Assembly (NCBI GenBank): GCA_023898465.1
Contig: CP060223.1
Span: 736,001 to 800,000 of the forward strand
Source: Candidatus Nomurabacteria bacterium
GTDB lineage: Bacteria > Patescibacteriota > Patescibacteriia > HK-STAS-PATE-3
Direction of reading: 5' to 3'
DNA length: 64,000 nt
Each line of letters opens with the position of its first letter. Within the stretch, counting starts at the first letter, position 1. This document shows positions 47,280-57,572 of this stretch, piece after piece. The notes under the pieces are model-generated. The model saw only the letters and a list, made by a program, of their open reading frames with translations, ran no database searches and was not told where the DNA came from. Both the position numbers and the translations under genes were made by a program.

Positions 47280-48380
47280 ATGCCACCTCATTTTTCAATT
47301 GAAGAAAAAAGCTACTGGATCGCCTGGTCGCACATAGGCAATGTCGGGCCCCACACTGCCCAGGCTTTACGTACCCATTTTGGCAATCTACAAAAGGCCT
47401 GGCAGGCCCCAGACGATGCGCTCGCCCAATTAGGTATCAGCCCTAAAGCACTTCGTTATCTCCTCAAACGCCGTCGAGAAATAGATGTTGAGCACTGCGT
47501 GAGAAACTTAGCAAGATTTGATATCCAAGCACTTTGTATACCTGAGCCAGATTATCCTGAGCTCCTACGACAAAGCCCCGGCGCACCCTATGTCTTGTAT
47601 GTGAAAGGCAAATTGGCAATGTTACCGAGTATTGCCATCGTTGGCACGCGTACTATGTCACGCTATGGGAAAATAGTCACCCAGGACTTTAGTCGCCGAT
47701 TGGCCAGCGCCGGATGCAGTATTGTGTCGGGTCTTGCCCTCGGGGTAGATGCCTGCGCCCATCAAGCCGCCTATGAGGCAAATGGACATACAGTAGCTGT
47801 TTTTGGATCAGGCCTTGATGGAATATATCCCAGCGCAAATTTTCATCTTGCTGAGCAAATCCTGGCGCATGGAGGAGCTTGGATTTCAGAATTTCCACCT
47901 GGCACCCTAGTACAGGCCAGGAACTTTCCTCAACGAAACCGTATTATCGCCGGCTTAAGCCTAGCAACTATTGTCATAGAGGCTGGCGAAAAATCAGGCG
48001 CACTTATCACAGCCCGAGCTGCCCTCGAAGCAAACCGGGAGGTGTTTGCTGTACCAGGGCAAATTACCAGCCCTCAATCACTCGGGACAAATAGACTTAT
48101 TCAAGAAGGGGCGACGCCTCTTTTACAAGCTGCGGAAATTCTACAAAACCTCCAGTTGAAACCACTTTCCTCTCCAGCAAATTCGCCTCTCCCGCCTGTT
48201 AATCTGAGCTCAGAAGAGGCGGATATATTAGCCTGTTTCCAGAGTGAAGCACTGCATTTGGACCAGCTCATCGAGCGAAGTAAAATGCCTAGCCAGCGAG
48301 TATTACAGCTCTGTGCTCAGCTCGAATTAAAAGGCTGCATTAGAGCAGTTGATGGCGGTCAATACCTACTCCAGCGATGA
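47280..48380 (+). CDS. dprA: DNA processing protein DprA (Smf)
   Basis: Rossmann-like DprA core (…IVSGLALGVDACAHQAAYEANGHTVAVFGSGLDGIYP…) and a C-terminal winged-helix-like region. Start taken at the internal Met MPPHFSIEEK. Confidence 0.85.
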   Translation: MPPHFSIEEKSYWIAWSHIGNVGPHTAQALRTHFGNLQKAWQAPDDALAQLGISPKALRYLLKRRREIDVEHCVRNLARFDIQALCIPEPDYPELLRQSPGAPYVLYVKGKLAMLPSIAIVGTRTMSRYGKIVTQDFSRRLASAGCSIVSGLALGVDACAHQAAYEANGHTVAVFGSGLDGIYPSANFHLAEQILAHGGAWISEFPPGTLVQARNFPQRNRIIAGLSLATIVIEAGEKSGALITARAALEANREVFAVPGQITSPQSLGTNRLIQEGATPLLQAAEILQNLQLKPLSSPANSPLPPVNLSSEEADILACFQSEALHLDQLIERSKMPSQRVLQLCAQLELKGCIRAVDGGQYLLQR

Positions 48381-48457
48381 AATTTTCTTGACCAGGACTT
48401 GACGAGATGCCACGCAAGCTGGTACAAGACCAGTTGTACTTTAAGTAAAGTGAACTC

Positions 48458-50944
48458 ATGGCCAAGCAACTTATCATTGTTGAGTCGCCGACCAAGGCAA
48501 AAACTATTGCCAGATTCCTCGGCAAAGATTACACCATCCGATCATCGAACGGACATGTTCGTGACTTACCGAAAAGCACTCTCGGTGTTGATGTCGATGA
48601 TGATTTTTCTCCCAGCTACGTCATTCCAACCAAAAGCAAGAAGCAAGTTGCTGAACTGAAGAAACTAGCTAAAGAGGCTGATGTCATCTATTTCGCAACT
48701 GATGAAGATCGCGAAGGTGAAGCTATCTCTTGGCATTTGGCTCAGCTACTCAAGCCAACAAAAGCTGAACTTAAGCGCATTACATTCCACGAAATTACCA
48801 AAGAGGCAATTGAAGCAGCCCTACAAAACCCTCGCACAATTGATGAAAACTTAGTTGATGCCCAGCAAGCCCGTCGCGTTTTAGACCGACTGGTGGGCTA
48901 TGAATTATCCCCTCTGCTTTGGAAAAAAATCGCCTACGGGCTGTCAGCCGGCCGAGTCCAATCCGTCGCGGTTGATTTAATTGTGCAACGTGAATTAGAG
49001 CGCATGCGTTTTGTTTCTGGTGCCTATTGGGATCTGCAAGCTCGGCTACAAAAAGACCAACAGAATTTCGATGCCAAACTGACCGCGCTTGATGGGCAAC
49101 GCATCGCGAATGGTAAAGACTTCTCTGAACAAACAGGGAAGCTCAAAGAAAAAAGTGACGCCATCTTAATTGACGCGAAACGAGCCAAAGAGCTCCAGGG
49201 CGATCTACAAGATGCTGAATGGAAAGTAAGTGATGTACAAGAAAAACCTCAGCAAGCTCATCCAGCCCCTCCTTTTATTACATCGAGTCTGCAGCAAGAA
49301 GCCAACCGTAAGCTGGGTCTGTCTTCACGGGACACTATGCGAATCGCTCAGCGTCTCTATGAAGAGGGTTTAATCACCTACATGCGTACCGACTCTCCTA
49401 ACCTCTCGCAGCAAGGTATTGCCGGTGCACGTGAGGCTGTTGAGCAAGGTTTTGGCAAAGAATTTCTCTCAGCCGCTCCACGTCAGTACAAGGCGAAAAG
49501 TCGCGGCGCCCAAGAAGCTCATGAAGCAATCCGGCCAGCCGGTGCACATTTCCGCTCACCTGATGCAGCAGGCTTAAGTGGTCGAGAAAAAGACCTCTAC
49601 GCCCTGATCTGGAAACGCACCTTAGCCACCCAGATGGCTGAAGCTAAGAAGCTTATCATGACTGTGAAGATTCAAGCCAAGCAGGCTGAATTCACGGCAA
49701 CAGGGACAACTATCCTCTTCCCTGGATTCTTAAAAGTATATGCCGACGGCGCAAAAGCAGATATTTTGCAGGACACCCTTTTGCCAAAGCTGAGCGTTGG
49801 CGATATTGCGAGCTTAGAAGAGTTAACACCTGAAGAGCATACTACCAAGCCACCGGCCCGTTTCAATGATGCGACCTTGGTAAAAACCTTAGAGCAAAAT
49901 GGCGTCGGCCGCCCTTCCACCTATGCTTCTATCATCAGTACTATTATTGACCGTAACTACGTCAGAAGGATTGGCAACGCCCTAGCTCCTACCTTTACCG
50001 CTTTTGCTGTTACCCAACTCCTCACCAAGCATTTCGCCCACCTGGTCGATACCAACTTCACTTCCAAAATGGAAGAGGAACTCGATCAAATCGCCGAGGG
50101 GAAACTTTCCTGGAAGCCTTATATTAAAAATTTCTACTCAGGTGAGGAGCATTTTCATCAACAGGTTGAAGAACAAGAGGATAAGATTGATCCAAATAAA
50201 TCTCGCAGTTTTACCCTGCCTCATCTCCCAAATGTAGAAATCCGCGTGGGACGTTATGGTCCCTATATTGTCAGTGAGAGTGGTAATGGCGATGATGATA
50301 CTCATGCGTCTATCCCAGAAGATCTGGCTCCAGCTGACTTAAGCGAAGAGCAAGTTCAGGAATTACTTGAGGTGCAGAAGAATGGACCAAAGCCAATGGG
50401 GCAGTACCCGGAAACTGGTGAACCAATCTACGTGTTAACTGGCCGATTCGGTCCCTATCTCCAGGTCGGTGAAAAAACTGATGAAAATCCAAAGCCTCGT
50501 CGCGCCTCTATTCCGCGAGGAGTGAATCCGAACGAGTTAAGCATGGAAGACGCCCTAAAATATCTCAGCCTACCTCGGACGCTTGGCGCTCATCCTGAAA
50601 GTGGTAAGGATGTCGTTGCTAATGTAGGCCGATTTGGCCCCTATATTGTCCATGACGGCGATTTTCGCTCCCTGACTAAGGATGATGACGTTTATACGGT
50701 CAGCTTAGCTCGAGCGCTTGAATTACTGGCTCAGGAGAAAAAAGGACGACGAGGTGCCAAGGAGCTTAAAAAACTTGGAGAACATCCAAAAGATAAAAAG
50801 CCTGTCACTTTGCTCGAAGGTCGCTACGGCCCATACCTCAAGCATGGCCGGACAAATGCTTCATTGCCAAAAGACATAAAAGTAGAAGAGCTCACTCTGG
50901 AAAAAGCTGTCGAGATTCTCGCTGAAAAGAAAAAGAAGAAGTAG
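48458..50944 (+). CDS. topA: DNA topoisomerase I
   Basis: Toprim N-terminus MAKQLIIVESPTKAKTIARFLG…, catalytic Tyr region, four C-terminal GR(F/Y)GPY(I/L) repeats. Confidence 0.95.
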   Translation: MAKQLIIVESPTKAKTIARFLGKDYTIRSSNGHVRDLPKSTLGVDVDDDFSPSYVIPTKSKKQVAELKKLAKEADVIYFATDEDREGEAISWHLAQLLKPTKAELKRITFHEITKEAIEAALQNPRTIDENLVDAQQARRVLDRLVGYELSPLLWKKIAYGLSAGRVQSVAVDLIVQRELERMRFVSGAYWDLQARLQKDQQNFDAKLTALDGQRIANGKDFSEQTGKLKEKSDAILIDAKRAKELQGDLQDAEWKVSDVQEKPQQAHPAPPFITSSLQQEANRKLGLSSRDTMRIAQRLYEEGLITYMRTDSPNLSQQGIAGAREAVEQGFGKEFLSAAPRQYKAKSRGAQEAHEAIRPAGAHFRSPDAAGLSGREKDLYALIWKRTLATQMAEAKKLIMTVKIQAKQAEFTATGTTILFPGFLKVYADGAKADILQDTLLPKLSVGDIASLEELTPEEHTTKPPARFNDATLVKTLEQNGVGRPSTYASIISTIIDRNYVRRIGNALAPTFTAFAVTQLLTKHFAHLVDTNFTSKMEEELDQIAEGKLSWKPYIKNFYSGEEHFHQQVEEQEDKIDPNKSRSFTLPHLPNVEIRVGRYGPYIVSESGNGDDDTHASIPEDLAPADLSEEQVQELLEVQKNGPKPMGQYPETGEPIYVLTGRFGPYLQVGEKTDENPKPRRASIPRGVNPNELSMEDALKYLSLPRTLGAHPESGKDVVANVGRFGPYIVHDGDFRSLTKDDDVYTVSLARALELLAQEKKGRRGAKELKKLGEHPKDKKPVTLLEGRYGPYLKHGRTNASLPKDIKVEELTLEKAVEILAEKKKKK

Positions 50945-50983
50945 CTATTCTCGGCTCCGACCTCCTCATGCTACTATGCCGGC

Positions 50984-52477
50984 ATGAAAAGGAGCACAAA
51001 GAACCTGCGTAAAGTTGATGATGGCTCAGTCAACACCTGGTCGGCTGATGATTTTGTACGTGCTATCCAAGCCTATGATGCCCAGGCTGATGTTGATATT
51101 GTCCGCCTGGCGTATGAATATGCTGAACAAGCCCACCAGGGACAAATGCGAAAAAACGGTGAGCCGCATTTCACTCACTGCATTGCCACGGCCGCTCGAC
51201 TAACTCACCTCCACCTCGACCCCATCACCATCTCGGCAGCTTTACTGCACGATGTGGTAGAGGATACTCCAATAACGGAAGAACAGCTGAAAAAGGATTT
51301 TGGCGCGGAAATTACCAAGCTGGTGATGAGCGTCACAAAATTAGGTAAGATCAAATATCGCGGCATGGAGCGCTATGTAGAAAATATCCGCCGCATGTTT
51401 GTAGCCATGGCTGAAGACGTTCGGGTGATTCTGATTAAGCTCTCAGATCGTATCCATAACCTCAGTACGCTCTCAGCTCTACCTCGGGAGAAACAACTCC
51501 GCATTGCCACTGAGTCGCTGGAAATTTATGCAGCCATTGCCAACCGTCTAGGTATAGGTGAGTTTCGTGGTCAGATTGAAGATTTGGCTTTTCGCTATGT
51601 TCACCCGGATGAGTATATTCGTATCGAAGCACTCTTTCGCGAACACTATCCTCATGCAGAAAAATTTCTGCTCAGCGCCCAACATACCATAGCGAAGGAA
51701 TTCGCTGATGCTGGCATAGTAATCGTGTCCTGCCACGGCCGTAAGAAACACCTCTACAGTCTTTGGAAGAAATTACAGCGACCAGAGCTAAACGGTGATA
51801 TTCATCAAATTAATGATTTAATTGCCCTCCGCATTATCGTTAAAGACGTGCCGAGTTGCTACATGGCGCTGGGAAAAATTCATGAACTTTGGAAACCGAT
51901 TAAAGGTAAGATCAAAGACTACATTGCTCAGCCCAAACCAAACGGTTACCAATCACTACATACCACAGTTTTTGGACCGCATGGCAGGATTATTGAAATA
52001 CAAATTCGCGATACAGTGATGCACGAATTTGCCGAATATGGTATTGCTGCGCATTGGCATTATAGCGAATCAGGTAAACCAAAGGGTGTTTCACAAGTAC
52101 CGAAACGCATGACCAATTGGATGCAAGCACTCACGCAATGGAAAAAAGAGTTTGCCAAAGACCAGGAGTATTTGGAAAGTCTAAAAGTTGACGTGTTTAA
52201 AAATCAAATCTACGTCTTTACACCCGAGGGTGACGTAGTTGAGTTACCTGAAGATGCGACACCGGTTGATTTTGCCTACCGGGTTCATACTGATGTGGGA
52301 AATCAATGCTCGGGAGCAAGAGTGAATGAAAAAATCGTGGCTTTGGATACCCCACTTCGCAGTGGTGATGTTGTGGAGATACTAAAGGAAAAAAAACGAA
52401 AACGCCCGAACCGAGACTGGTTAGACTTTGTGAAAACGCACAGCGCTAAAGAACAGATCCGAAAGGCAACCCGGTAG
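50984..52477 (+). CDS. RelA/SpoT-homolog (p)ppGpp synthetase/hydrolase (HD + synthetase + TGS; no ACT domain)
   Basis: HD motif HFTHCIATAARL…HDVVEDT. Synthetase region GRKKHLYSLWKKL…DLIALRIIV. TGS VFTPEGDVVELPEDATPVDFAYRVH. Confidence 0.9.
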   Translation: MKRSTKNLRKVDDGSVNTWSADDFVRAIQAYDAQADVDIVRLAYEYAEQAHQGQMRKNGEPHFTHCIATAARLTHLHLDPITISAALLHDVVEDTPITEEQLKKDFGAEITKLVMSVTKLGKIKYRGMERYVENIRRMFVAMAEDVRVILIKLSDRIHNLSTLSALPREKQLRIATESLEIYAAIANRLGIGEFRGQIEDLAFRYVHPDEYIRIEALFREHYPHAEKFLLSAQHTIAKEFADAGIVIVSCHGRKKHLYSLWKKLQRPELNGDIHQINDLIALRIIVKDVPSCYMALGKIHELWKPIKGKIKDYIAQPKPNGYQSLHTTVFGPHGRIIEIQIRDTVMHEFAEYGIAAHWHYSESGKPKGVSQVPKRMTNWMQALTQWKKEFAKDQEYLESLKVDVFKNQIYVFTPEGDVVELPEDATPVDFAYRVHTDVGNQCSGARVNEKIVALDTPLRSGDVVEILKEKKRKRPNRDWLDFVKTHSAKEQIRKATR

Positions 52478-52482
52478 TAACT

Positions 52483-53253
52483 TTACACTGCCTTTAGAAA
52501 AACCCGGTGCAATGTTGTGTTGTTGCTAGAGAGTATATAGCTCTCTGCATCACTTTTTGGCTTTTTCCCTTTCAGATCAGTAATCTTTGCCCCGGCTTCT
52601 CGAGCAATTAACAAACCTGCAAAGTAATCATAGTATTCATTGCCATACTGCACTACCGCCTCGATTCGGCCACTAGCTAATAAACAATAATCCAGTGCGG
52701 GTGACCAATTATTCACTATGCGACTAACGTCCAAATGGAATAGTTTATTGTATTGCCGAGCAACCCTTCGTCGATCGGTTGTATAGCCACAGGTGTATAC
52801 AATCGAGGCTCTTTCAATCTCATTCACCTTATTAACTCGGAGTCTTACTCCATTGCAAAAAGCGCCCTTTCCTAGCTCAGCGTAGTAAGTCTTCTGAAGC
52901 GAAGAATGATGCACCGCTCCGGCAATAACCTTACCTCGATAGGTTAAAGCGATTGATACAGAGAAGTATGGGATGCCCATAACAAAATTTCTCGTACCAT
53001 CCAAAGGGTCGATGACAAAACCATAGTCACTCTTATTATCCAGCTGTGTTTCTTCCTCGGCTGTAATGCTGTAACGAGGAAAGTGTTTGCGCAAATACTT
53101 CACTACTGCTCGCTCTGACTCTATGTCAGCTCGCGTCTGTAAATCAGAGGCGATAGTTTTTTGCTTGGTAGCTAATTGAGTGCCAAAGTATTTACGATGT
53201 ATACGTCCACCGAGTTCAGCGGCCCGGATAATGTGTCGTATACGGGTAGTCAT
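52483..53253 (-). CDS. Inositol monophosphatase family protein
   Basis: DPLDGTRNF metal-binding motif and C-terminal DYFAG…A(R)EAGA region. Confidence 0.8.
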   Translation of the reverse strand: MTTRIRHIIRAAELGGRIHRKYFGTQLATKQKTIASDLQTRADIESERAVVKYLRKHFPRYSITAEEETQLDNKSDYGFVIDPLDGTRNFVMGIPYFSVSIALTYRGKVIAGAVHHSSLQKTYYAELGKGAFCNGVRLRVNKVNEIERASIVYTCGYTTDRRRVARQYNKLFHLDVSRIVNNWSPALDYCLLASGRIEAVVQYGNEYYDYFAGLLIAREAGAKITDLKGKKPKSDAESYILSSNNTTLHRVFLKAV

Positions 53254-55529
53254 TATTCCTCGTCATTGCCACTACCCTGCAATTCGCTCAGCAGGCTCTG
53301 CGCATCAACATTCTCCGGATCAAGCTGCAGGGCAGTGTTTACCTGCGAAAGCGCGCTCTCAGTCTCATCGATTGCCTGATAAGCCTGGGCAAGAGCGAGT
53401 CGGACCTGCACGTTTCGCGGCGTGATATTTACAACAGTCGTCAGTAATTGAATTGCCTTATTGTAGTCACCATTTAAGCCTTCGTGGCGGGCCAGCTCAA
53501 AAAGCACATCTGGATCATTTGGATAATCCATAGCTAAGGTACGTAACATATCACGGGCCAATGCTTCATTGCCCAGTAATTCATGTGTTAAGGCGAGATG
53601 ATAGCGAGTGTCTAAATCACCTGGCGCTAAATCAAGCGCTTTTGTTAGATGGGTATATGCCGATTGAAGCAGCGCATCAGCTTGCCCGGCCGTGCTTTCA
53701 TCTTTAGCGAGCTGCTGTGAGCTGACTAACTCGAGCTTCGCCCAGTTACGATAGTGCTTCACGTTATTTGGCTCAATGGCAATAAGCGCTTCAAGCATGT
53801 CTTGCTCAGCTAAGGGGCTAGTACCGGCTAAGAGTCGGATAGCTGGAATATAACGAAGTGCCTGCTCATATACCACTGGGTTTTTAGGATCCAGGGAAAT
53901 AGCCTGCTCAATCGGATCAACTGCTGACAAAGCCAGCTGTTTCTGCAATGTTTGATCCTCGCTTAGCTGAGCACTTACAAGGGCATGCTCGGCAGAATCA
54001 AGGCGATACGTTGCTCGCCAAGGATCCAATGAAATGGCGTGATCAATCGTAGCCTGCACGCTTTGCAATGGTTCGGTGTTGAGGATGGCTGTTCGCGCTT
54101 GCGTAATGTAGACGCTTCCAAACCATACGCGCAGCTGACCATACCAAAGTCCAACAAAGAGAAGTAGGGAAAATGCCACAACGCCCCGAAGAAACTTATT
54201 CGATGGCTGGGCAGTTTTTTCTTTACCATACATTCCCAGGATGCCGATACTCAACCAAAGGGAAAGCGAAACAAGCATGGAGCCTGGGGTGAAGAAGATA
54301 ATCAAAAGGTTCAAGAGGAAAAACCAAATTGCCAAGCTTTGAAAATCGCCCTGTTTCTTTTTTTGATCAAGTATGGTCCCACTGCTCTGCCAAACTAAAC
54401 GAGCTAAAAGCCACAGGAAAAGCAATCCTCCGAGAATCCCTGTGCCAGCAAAAACCTGCAGCCAATAGTTATCCGGTCGACTGAAACGAACATCAGCGTA
54501 GGAGCTGGTATTCAAATCAATTGGCCGATAAGAAACTAAATCATAATAAAAAGTGGAAGGCCCACTACCGAGAATCGGCTGACTGCTCAGCGTCGACAGA
54601 CTGACTCGAGCTGAACTGCTTGCGGGCATGGTAATATCGACACCATAACTTTTGCCAGAATACTTACTGACTGACAAACTGAGCAAAAGAATCCCCACCA
54701 ACATGGCAGCGATAATCCACGCATCGGCAAAAGGACGCTGCTTCAATACCACCCGTGTCAGAAGTAAAAGCACCACACCCGCTACGATGCAGAGGGCTGC
54801 TAGGTAGACATCCACAAAAAGCAAAACGAGCAAGTGAATAGACATCACCAGGCTGAGCAGTACGCGTGAAATCGCGTGTGAGGTATTGCGCCACAGCTGC
54901 CAGGCCAAGAAGAATTGAAGTACACTCAGTAAAGCGAGTACGCCGGGTGAACCAGCTAATGGATGAAACGCTTCGGGTATACCGGTGCCAGGGAAAAGTG
55001 GTACTCCGGCGAGGTGAATAAAGCTTAAGAGACTGGCTAGCGCACCGGAAGTAAGGAATAAGCTCAGATAAAAACGTCCGCACGACTCGTCAGTGGTCTG
55101 ACGCAACAGAAACGCGAAGAGGATGAAGTAGAAACTAGCCAATGCGGTATCGCTTTGCGTCCCTGACATGCCGAAGAGACTAACATAAGGCTGCACGGAA
55201 AAAATGGTGCTCAATAGTAGCGCTAAGGCAAAGAGCCCTAAACTCAGACTTAACCAATCAAAACGACCTTGCCACTGCTGCGCACGCAATGACCAGAGCA
55301 ACCAAGCAATCATAGCAACTGAGACTCCGAGTGCGAGGAGTATCATTTTTGGCAACTCCCAAAAGTCAGAAAAGCCGCTGTAGTAGATAAGCGGCAAGAA
55401 GAAAATAACTGCCCCCAGAGCTGTCCGAATGGTCAGCAGATAAGATGAAGTATGTGACTTACGTGGTGATAGTCGTGATGATGTTCTCAAGTTCTTCATC
55501 TGAATAAAAATCAATGGTAATGCTGCCAC
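53253..55529 (-). CDS. O-antigen ligase/polymerase-like (Wzy_C) membrane protein with C-terminal TPR repeats
   Basis: N-terminal ~10 TM helices with a large periplasmic loop, then ~300-aa TPR-like repeats. Start codon uncertain (GTG 55529 or ATG 55499). Overlaps the parB 3' end. Confidence 0.6.
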   Translation of the reverse strand: MAALPLIFIQMKNLRTSSRLSPRKSHTSSYLLTIRTALGAVIFFLPLIYYSGFSDFWELPKMILLALGVSVAMIAWLLWSLRAQQWQGRFDWLSLSLGLFALALLLSTIFSVQPYVSLFGMSGTQSDTALASFYFILFAFLLRQTTDESCGRFYLSLFLTSGALASLLSFIHLAGVPLFPGTGIPEAFHPLAGSPGVLALLSVLQFFLAWQLWRNTSHAISRVLLSLVMSIHLLVLLFVDVYLAALCIVAGVVLLLLTRVVLKQRPFADAWIIAAMLVGILLLSLSVSKYSGKSYGVDITMPASSSARVSLSTLSSQPILGSGPSTFYYDLVSYRPIDLNTSSYADVRFSRPDNYWLQVFAGTGILGGLLFLWLLARLVWQSSGTILDQKKKQGDFQSLAIWFFLLNLLIIFFTPGSMLVSLSLWLSIGILGMYGKEKTAQPSNKFLRGVVAFSLLLFVGLWYGQLRVWFGSVYITQARTAILNTEPLQSVQATIDHAISLDPWRATYRLDSAEHALVSAQLSEDQTLQKQLALSAVDPIEQAISLDPKNPVVYEQALRYIPAIRLLAGTSPLAEQDMLEALIAIEPNNVKHYRNWAKLELVSSQQLAKDESTAGQADALLQSAYTHLTKALDLAPGDLDTRYHLALTHELLGNEALARDMLRTLAMDYPNDPDVLFELARHEGLNGDYNKAIQLLTTVVNITPRNVQVRLALAQAYQAIDETESALSQVNTALQLDPENVDAQSLLSELQGSGNDEE

Positions 55530-56331
55530 GTCCTTTGCGACGAGTGATGCGGACTTTGGTATTTAATGCGCTGCGTAGACTATCCTCTAGCGCGGCGATT
55601 TCGGGATTACGAGCCTGCGCCGCTGCTCCATGTGAAGAATGACTGCGACGCAGATCTTCGCCTCCTCGGACTGTTAAATCTTTCTTCATAATCGACTGCC
55701 AGAGCTTAATCTGCTCTGTCGGATCAACTTCACTTAAGATAACCTTCGCGTGACTCATCGTAATAGCGCCGTCACGCAAACTCTTCTGTACTTCGACCGG
55801 CAGATTAAGCAAGCGAAGGATATTGGCTACTGTCGCGCGCTTCTTCCCAACCCGACGCGCTACTTCCTCTTGAGTTAATGCAAATTCATCGATCAAGGCG
55901 CGATACGCCTCAGCCTCTTCGATTGGCGAAAGGTCTTTACGTTGAATATTTTCAATCAAGGCTAATTCTAGCTTTGACTGGGCTGAAGCGGTACGGACAA
56001 TAGCCGGCACAGTAGCGAATTCCAAAGTGCGAGCTGCCCGAAATCGCCGCTCGCCTGCTACCAATTCATAGCTGCCACTAGAAAGCTTTGTCACAATGAG
56101 TGGCTGGAGTATGCCATGTGCTTTGATTGAGGCAATTAAATCTTCTTGGGCTTGATAATCAAAATGCTGCCGAGGCTGATGTGGATTAGCCACGATTTGC
56201 TCGACTGGAATTTTTTCTACCCGCTCTCCATCAGTCGGTAAAGAGCGTAGGGCGGGATTCACTCCTGGGTTTTGGGTACCAGGCTTCGGAATCAATGCGG
56301 AAAGACCGCGACCAAGGACAGGTTCACTCAT
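55459..56331 (-). CDS. parB: Chromosome partitioning protein ParB
   Basis: ParB box GERRFRAA, HTH, N-terminal LGRGLSALIP. Confidence 0.9.
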   Translation of the reverse strand: MSEPVLGRGLSALIPKPGTQNPGVNPALRSLPTDGERVEKIPVEQIVANPHQPRQHFDYQAQEDLIASIKAHGILQPLIVTKLSSGSYELVAGERRFRAARTLEFATVPAIVRTASAQSKLELALIENIQRKDLSPIEEAEAYRALIDEFALTQEEVARRVGKKRATVANILRLLNLPVEVQKSLRDGAITMSHAKVILSEVDPTEQIKLWQSIMKKDLTVRGGEDLRRSHSSHGAAAQARNPEIAALEDSLRSALNTKVRITRRKGRGSITIDFYSDEELENIITTITT

Positions 56332-57104
56332 GTATGATGTGGGCTTAATACTTCGCGAGCAAGGCGACTATAGGCTCGAGCACCGCGCGAATCAGGATCA
56401 TGTTTCAAAATAGGACGTCCATGCGATGGCGCTTCGGCTAAATGCACATTACGTGGGATAACGGTGCGGAAAATACGATTTGGGAAATAGCGATAAAGCT
56501 CTTGAAGCACTGCATCAGAAAGTTTGTATCGACTGTCGTACATGGTAAGGACTGCGCCAAGCACTTCTACGTTCGGTTGAATGCTTTCTTTCACTAGTTG
56601 AATAGTCTCCAGTAACTGACTCAAGCCCTCTAAAGCCAAATACTCACACTGCACCGGGATAAGCACCTCGCGGGCTGCGGTTAAGCCGTTAATGGTCAAC
56701 ATGCCGAGCGAAGGAGGGTTATCAATAAGTACGTAGTCGTATTGCTCGGCAATCTCGGGAATAGCACGATCGAGTTGACCTTCTCGACCATCCATATTTA
56801 CCAATTCAACATTGGCTCCAGCTAAGGAAACTGTCGCGGGGGCGATATGATAACGATCATGCGCAGTTGGTTGAATTATCTCTGAGAGCGCCGCCGCTCC
56901 AAGCAAGGTCTCGTACACACCGCGCTCTAACTCACGATGCTTAATACCTAAACCACTTGTTGCATTGGCCTGCGGATCAAGATCAATTAAAAGTACACGA
57001 GCACCATAATGGGCAAGATAGGCACCCAGGTTAATTGCGGTTGTGGTTTTTCCAACCCCGCCTTTCTGATTTACGATAGAAATAATTCGCGCCATAGCGT
57101 GCAA
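56328..57104 (-). CDS. parA: Chromosome partitioning ATPase ParA (Soj)
   Basis: Deviant Walker A KGGVGKTTTAINL. Confidence 0.9.
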   Translation of the reverse strand: MHAMARIISIVNQKGGVGKTTTAINLGAYLAHYGARVLLIDLDPQANATSGLGIKHRELERGVYETLLGAAALSEIIQPTAHDRYHIAPATVSLAGANVELVNMDGREGQLDRAIPEIAEQYDYVLIDNPPSLGMLTINGLTAAREVLIPVQCEYLALEGLSQLLETIQLVKESIQPNVEVLGAVLTMYDSRYKLSDAVLQELYRYFPNRIFRTVIPRNVHLAEAPSHGRPILKHDPDSRGARAYSRLAREVLSPHHT

Positions 57105-57196
57105 TTACGGCGACTAGTATACCACAAAATAACCAAAAAACGAAGGCGCTCGTTGACATATCATGAGAACTTCTTTACCATTGGCATGTTTCACAC

Positions 57197-57283
57197 GCCG
57201 CGGTGGCGGAACTGGCAGACGCACAGGACTCAAAATCCTGCGAGCGCAAGCTCATGAGAGTTCGATTCTCTCCCGCGGCACCA
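57197..57283 (+). tRNA. tRNA-Leu (anticodon CAA), type II with long variable arm, encoded CCA
   Basis: GCCGCGG acceptor. Anticodon arm CAGGA-CTCAAAA-TCCTG. Variable arm CGAGCGCAAGCTCAT. 3' CCA. Confidence 0.8.
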
Positions 57284-57313
57284 AAAAACCGCCTCGTAGG
57301 CGGCTTTCTGCTT
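57284..57313. terminator. Bidirectional rho-independent terminator (A6-CCGCCTCGTAGGCGG-CTTTCTGCTT)
   Basis: Seen directly. Lies between the convergent tRNA-Leu (+) and the 57327..57572 (-) gene. Confidence 0.7.
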
Positions 57314-57326
57314 GTCTGGCTTATAG

Positions 57327-57572
57327 TTAACCGGATGACTCGGCAGCATCCAGGGCCTTAAGAGCATCCACGCCCTCTTCTAACACGCTTAGGTATTGAT
57401 TATTTAAACGCGTCATCACCTGTAAGTAAAGACGTGCATAGGTGACATGTTCCTTGCCTCGTTCAGCTGGATCTTTCGTATCAGTAAAATAATCATCCAG
57501 CATCTTTTTAGCCTCAGGCCACTTTTCAGCTTTCATGAGCTCTTCTAATTTGTCGAGGTTTACTGTGCTCAT
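57327..57572 (-). CDS. Hypothetical small protein
   Basis: 81-aa ORF. Start overlaps the upstream gene stop (ATGA). Confidence 0.4.
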   Translation of the reverse strand: MSTVNLDKLEELMKAEKWPEAKKMLDDYFTDTKDPAERGKEHVTYARLYLQVMTRLNNQYLSVLEEGVDALKALDAAESSG